In this document: positions 60,868 through 64,000 of the stretch, piece after piece
How positions within the stretch are numbered: position 1 is the stretch's first letter
How the letters are laid out: the number at the start of each line of letters is the position of its first letter
Source of the DNA: Cenarchaeum sp.
GTDB taxonomy: Archaea; Thermoproteota; Nitrososphaeria; Nitrososphaerales; Nitrosopumilaceae
DNA length: 64,000 nt
NCBI GenBank assembly: GCA_965212015.1
Contig: OZ243037.1
Location: 544,001 to 608,000, forward strand
Direction of reading: 5' to 3'
Position numbers and translations under genes: made by a program
The notes under the pieces: generated by a model
What the model saw: the letters and a program-made list of their open reading frames with translations, nothing else
Told to the model about the DNA's origin: nothing
The model's database searches: none

Positions 60868-61374
60868 ATGCCTGATAAGGACGACATTTTATTCAACAAG
60901 ATTCGCTTTACAAAATTGTCCAACACGCATGTCGGATTGTCCGATTTCAAGTGCTCAAATTCGAAATTTGCAGAATATCTTGCAGTAAGCGCATTGTACG
61001 ATCAGGCAGAAAAAATCGGGCAAACGTGGCTTTTTACCTATGAGGGAAAAATAATCGGATTTATCACAATTGCAATGGCACATATGGAAAAAAACAGACA
61101 CATACAGACTGACACGTTTGGAAACATTCCTGCATTGCTGATCGGCCATCTGGCCACACACAAGGACTATGAGCGCAAGGGCGTCGGCCAACACATGATA
61201 TCCTGGGCCGCTAGCAAGGCAACAGAGTTATCTGAGACTATCGGATGCCGGGTAGTAATGCTCAATCCCGAAAAAGACGCCGTAAAATTCTATGAAAAGC
61301 TAAACTTCAAGCACATTCCACACACAGACGAGAAATACGACAGCATGTTTCTAGATGTCAAGCAGGTCGAATAA
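60868..61374 (+). CDS. GNAT acetyltransferase, TacT/AtaT-like toxin
   Basis: FKCSN...YL, IIGFITI, IPALLIGHLA....RKGVG, GCRVV.L, AVKFYEKLNF. Confidence 0.85.
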   Translation: MPDKDDILFNKIRFTKLSNTHVGLSDFKCSNSKFAEYLAVSALYDQAEKIGQTWLFTYEGKIIGFITIAMAHMEKNRHIQTDTFGNIPALLIGHLATHKDYERKGVGQHMISWAASKATELSETIGCRVVMLNPEKDAVKFYEKLNFKHIPHTDEKYDSMFLDVKQVE

Positions 61375-61431
61375 CAACGGATTGCACCCATGCGTAAAAA
61401 TTGCATGCTTTTCACGAATCCATAAAGGAGA

Positions 61432-61505
61432 TGGGCCCGACGAGCTTCGATCTCGTGGCTCACCGATTATGAGTCGGTTACTCTACCAAGCTGAGTTACG
61501 GGCCC
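61432..61505 (-). tRNA. tRNA with CAT anticodon, most likely tRNA-Ile2
   Basis: GGGCCCG acceptor stem, ACCGA-CTCATAA-TCGGT anticodon arm, ACGAG/CTCGT T stem. GGGCCC start is typical of archaeal Ile tRNAs. Confidence 0.9.
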
Positions 61506-61549
61506 CCAATCAGGACAGGCTTGCGCCTATGTATAAAACGTTACACGCG

Positions 61550-62185
61550 CTAACAGTACGCCTCATAGCAGCCATCAAGCAGCAAATTCTGCGCCGATAT
61601 CGACGCCTCTGCTGCCCGCACCAGCTTTTCTGTGCCGGCCCCGGAATCCTCAAGCATGCCACTCCACGAGGCCGCATGCCTTACGTCTGCCTCCATGTGC
61701 AGCCTAAAGTACTGCGTGGCCTCATCACCGTCAATGCCGTAAAACCTCTCAAGGCCCTCAAGCTTTGTCTGGCTGATTATTGGAATCTCCTTTTCAAAGG
61801 CATACATTGCGCACACGCCGCAGTCATAGTCCTCTGCCAGCACGGACAGGTCGCCTAGCGCCCGTACAGTCTGCGGCAGCGCCTCATGACCGTACAGCGA
61901 GTCACAATCGACTCCCAGTGCCCCCGCAAAGCGCACCCAGTGTACGATGTGATCGCACTCCTCCTGCCGGTTTGCGGCAAGCTCGTCGTGCATGTGCCCT
62001 GGCGCATCCCGGAGAATGGGCGACATTAGCCCGGGAACTGCCCTCACAAGGTGGAAATATTCCTTTGAATACCCCGCAAGCGACTCGCGTGTCAGCTTGC
62101 CGTCTGACCACATTTCATAGAACGGGTGCTTTAGCAGGCTGCGCCGCTCAATCATTGCGTCTATCGTCCCTATTATGCCCATCAT
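61550..62185 (-). CDS. CADD/PqqC/TenA heme-oxygenase-like diiron protein
   Basis: LLKHPFY..W..GKL, EE..H, YAFE, KLEGL..FYG, YF.LH..AD..H. Confidence 0.85.
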   Translation of the reverse strand: MMGIIGTIDAMIERRSLLKHPFYEMWSDGKLTRESLAGYSKEYFHLVRAVPGLMSPILRDAPGHMHDELAANRQEECDHIVHWVRFAGALGVDCDSLYGHEALPQTVRALGDLSVLAEDYDCGVCAMYAFEKEIPIISQTKLEGLERFYGIDGDEATQYFRLHMEADVRHAASWSGMLEDSGAGTEKLVRAAEASISAQNLLLDGCYEAYC

Positions 62186-62265
62186 ACCCACCCCCATACG
62201 CGCCATTAAAAAAATCTTTGTTGTTTCAAAAGGGTTTTAAGGACATTTTTGCCCGTGCAAAACGT

Positions 62266-62359
62266 GCTCCTGTGGTGTAGTCCGGTCAAGCATACTGCCC
62301 TTTCAAGGCAGTGATCCCGGGTCCAAAATCAAACGATGGAAATCCCGGCGGGAGCACCA
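62266..62359 (+). tRNA. tRNA-Glu(TTC) with 15-nt non-canonical intron at 59/60 and encoded CCA
   Basis: GCTCCTG...CTGCC-CTTTCAA-GGCAG...CCGGG TCCA AAA TC AAAC GA TGGA AAT CCCGG CGGGAGC ACCA; BHB geometry places the intron at 62328-62342. Confidence 0.9.
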
Positions 62360-62378
62360 AGGTTTAATTACCAACTGT

Positions 62379-63251
62379 ATGGCACAAGATAAACCGACGT
62401 TGGATAGGAAAAACATCGAAGTCAATCCCCTGCTCGAGACATATGGCAAATACATCAGAAACATTGATCGCGCGCTAGAGGCGGAGCTTGATCTGTACTC
62501 AAACTCGGAATTCATCGGCCCGCTAAAGTACTCCATAGCAGGCGGCAAGCGCATCAGGCCCATAATCCTCATCCTGGCAGCAGAGAGCGTCGGCAAGGCA
62601 GACGGCAATACATACACTGCATCGTGCGCAGTAGAGTTTCTCCACACGGAATCCGTCATTCACGACGACATAATCGACAACGAGACCATGCGGAGAAAAA
62701 ACGACCCGTTCCACGTAAAATACGGGTACAATACCAGCATACTGACTGGCGACTTTGTACTCGGACTAATCCTGAACATATCCTCAAAGCTGAACAATCC
62801 CAGGATAACAAAGGACCTGGCCGGCACCGCCATGCTGATGAGCGAAGGCGAGATAATCGAGGGCAGGCTGGAGACGGGCCGGGACGTGACATTTGATGAC
62901 TATCTCAGGGTCATAGAGTACAAGACTGCCACGGCCTTTGAGGCAGCGGCCCGAATCGGGGCCATAATGGGCGGGGGCACAGAGGAGCAGATAGAGGGAC
63001 TGACAGAGTTTGGAAGAAACATCGGCATCGCATACCAGATAAGGGACGACCTGACTGACTGGAAAAACGAGGACAAGCTGTTCAACCTGCTCATCAAGAA
63101 AAGCAAGGATCCGCGCGACGTCTTTGACAGGATGGAGGACATGCTAAAGGACTATTCCCAAAAGGCAAAGAGGGGACTGCGGCGCATTCCGGACTGTGAG
63201 TCAAAAAACAACCTAGAGACGCTGGTGGAATTTACCGCCTTCAAGGCGTGA
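62379..63251 (+). CDS. Polyprenyl (geranylgeranyl) diphosphate synthase
   Basis: GGKRIRP, IHDDIID...RR, YKTA, YQIRDD. Confidence 0.93.
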   Translation: MAQDKPTLDRKNIEVNPLLETYGKYIRNIDRALEAELDLYSNSEFIGPLKYSIAGGKRIRPIILILAAESVGKADGNTYTASCAVEFLHTESVIHDDIIDNETMRRKNDPFHVKYGYNTSILTGDFVLGLILNISSKLNNPRITKDLAGTAMLMSEGEIIEGRLETGRDVTFDDYLRVIEYKTATAFEAAARIGAIMGGGTEEQIEGLTEFGRNIGIAYQIRDDLTDWKNEDKLFNLLIKKSKDPRDVFDRMEDMLKDYSQKAKRGLRRIPDCESKNNLETLVEFTAFKA

Positions 63252-64000
63252 GTACTGGCGCCGCACTCTGTGCGAACTGTATGAGCGGCTCCGGGTATAC
63301 GCCGAATCCCACCATGAAGAGTATCGAGAATATCATTACTGCAATTACGGACCGGGGTTCTGACACCCTCTTTTCTGTCTCGCCCTCAAAGTACATCTTT
63401 CTCATAATCCACCCATAGTATGCAAGCGACAGCGCGCTGTTGAGCACGCCTGCCACTGCAAGCCACGGGGCCCACGCAGCAGCCGGTCCGGCGTCTATGG
63501 CGCCGCCAAATAGCACCAGCTTGCTCCAAAACCCGCTCAGCGGCGGGATGCCTGCAAGCGCAAACAGCGAGATCATCAGCCCGAGTGAGGTTATCGGCAT
63601 CTTGCGGCCCAGGCCCTTTAGCTTTTCAAGGTTGGTCACCGCAAGCGTGGCCACGATTCCGGCAATGGCAATGAATGCGGCACCCTTCATTACTGCGTGG
63701 TTCAGTATGTGAAACATTGCGCCTGACGCGCCCACCGAGCTAAACGGCGCAATCGCAAGGCCGATGAGTATGTATCCCGCATGCCCGATGCTGGAATATG
63801 CAAGCATGCGCGCCAGGTTCTTTTGCATGATTGCCGCTATATTGCCGACAGTCATGGTCATTACGGCAATAATGCCAAGTGCCAGCGTCCAGTCAAGGTT
63901 CAGCGCGACTGTCCCCATCACTATCACGCGCAGCGCGGCAGCAAAGCCGGCCTTTTTGGTGCCTGCGGCCAGGAGCGCTGCAATCGGGGGAGGCGAGCCC
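63241..64000 (-). CDS. nuoN: NADH-quinone oxidoreductase subunit N (3' part; start outside window)
   Basis: AGTKKAGF, GNIAAIMQ.NL.RMLAYSSIGHAGY, LAGIPPLSGF.SK. Confidence 0.92.
   Translation of the reverse strand, partial: GSPPPIAALLAAGTKKAGFAAALRVIVMGTVALNLDWTLALGIIAVMTMTVGNIAAIMQKNLARMLAYSSIGHAGYILIGLAIAPFSSVGASGAMFHILNHAVMKGAAFIAIAGIVATLAVTNLEKLKGLGRKMPITSLGLMISLFALAGIPPLSGFWSKLVLFGGAIDAGPAAAWAPWLAVAGVLNSALSLAYYGWIMRKMYFEGETEKRVSEPRSVIAVMIFSILFMVGFGVYPEPLIQFAQSAAPVLTP

Larger units (their letters stand above)
60160..60870 (+). repeat. Direct duplication of promoter + antitoxin + toxin ATG (60160-60388 and 60640-60870)
   Basis: Two highly similar ~230-bp copies about 480 bp apart, both ending gactagaaacccatg. 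Confidence 0.92.

Noticed and set aside
61432-61505. tRNA as initiator Met because of the CAT anticodon and A at position 54
   Set aside because: It lacks the A1-U72 pair and the three G-C anticodon-stem pairs of initiators; the GGGCCC acceptor fits Ile2.

Overview
Archaeal chromosome segment whose gene content points to an ammonia-oxidising Nitrosopumilaceae/Thaumarchaeota member. The fairly high GC, giant adhesin and collagen-like protein suggest a Cenarchaeum-like, possibly host-associated lineage (inference). Bases 1-9488 hold the 5' part of a >3160-aa secreted cadherin/Ig-repeat protein on the minus strand, which the ORF track misses because it runs off the window. The core region carries argS, a DRG GTPase, an H1-like basic protein, sulfite reductase/rhodanese/thi4, srp19-gar1-tfb-sufC, an arcadin-1-like gene, purP, ahbAB, a chlorite-dismutase-family gene, two LysW-dependent Arg/Lys clusters, a sulfonate/nitrate-type ABC transporter, a CADD-like gene, GGPP synthase, nuoN and two tRNAs (Ile-CAT; Glu-TTC with a 15-nt T-loop BHB intron). 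Accessory DNA comprises two ~1.6-kb direct-repeat-flanked islets carrying toxin-antitoxin pairs with broken toxins, and a ~9-kb defence island next to tRNA-Ile. The island holds a DUF4011 helicase-nuclease, IS630, an HNH-HIT fusion and a GNAT TA pair. The most unusual locus is 60118-61374. A duplicated antitoxin unit has, in its first copy, a 3-repeat type I-G-like CRISPR mini-array with two identical spacers fused right after the toxin ATG. A 28-bp segment between 14-bp inverted repeats lies in opposite orientations upstream of the two copies. No cas genes are visible in the window. All family assignments come from motif recognition by eye; no database searches were run.
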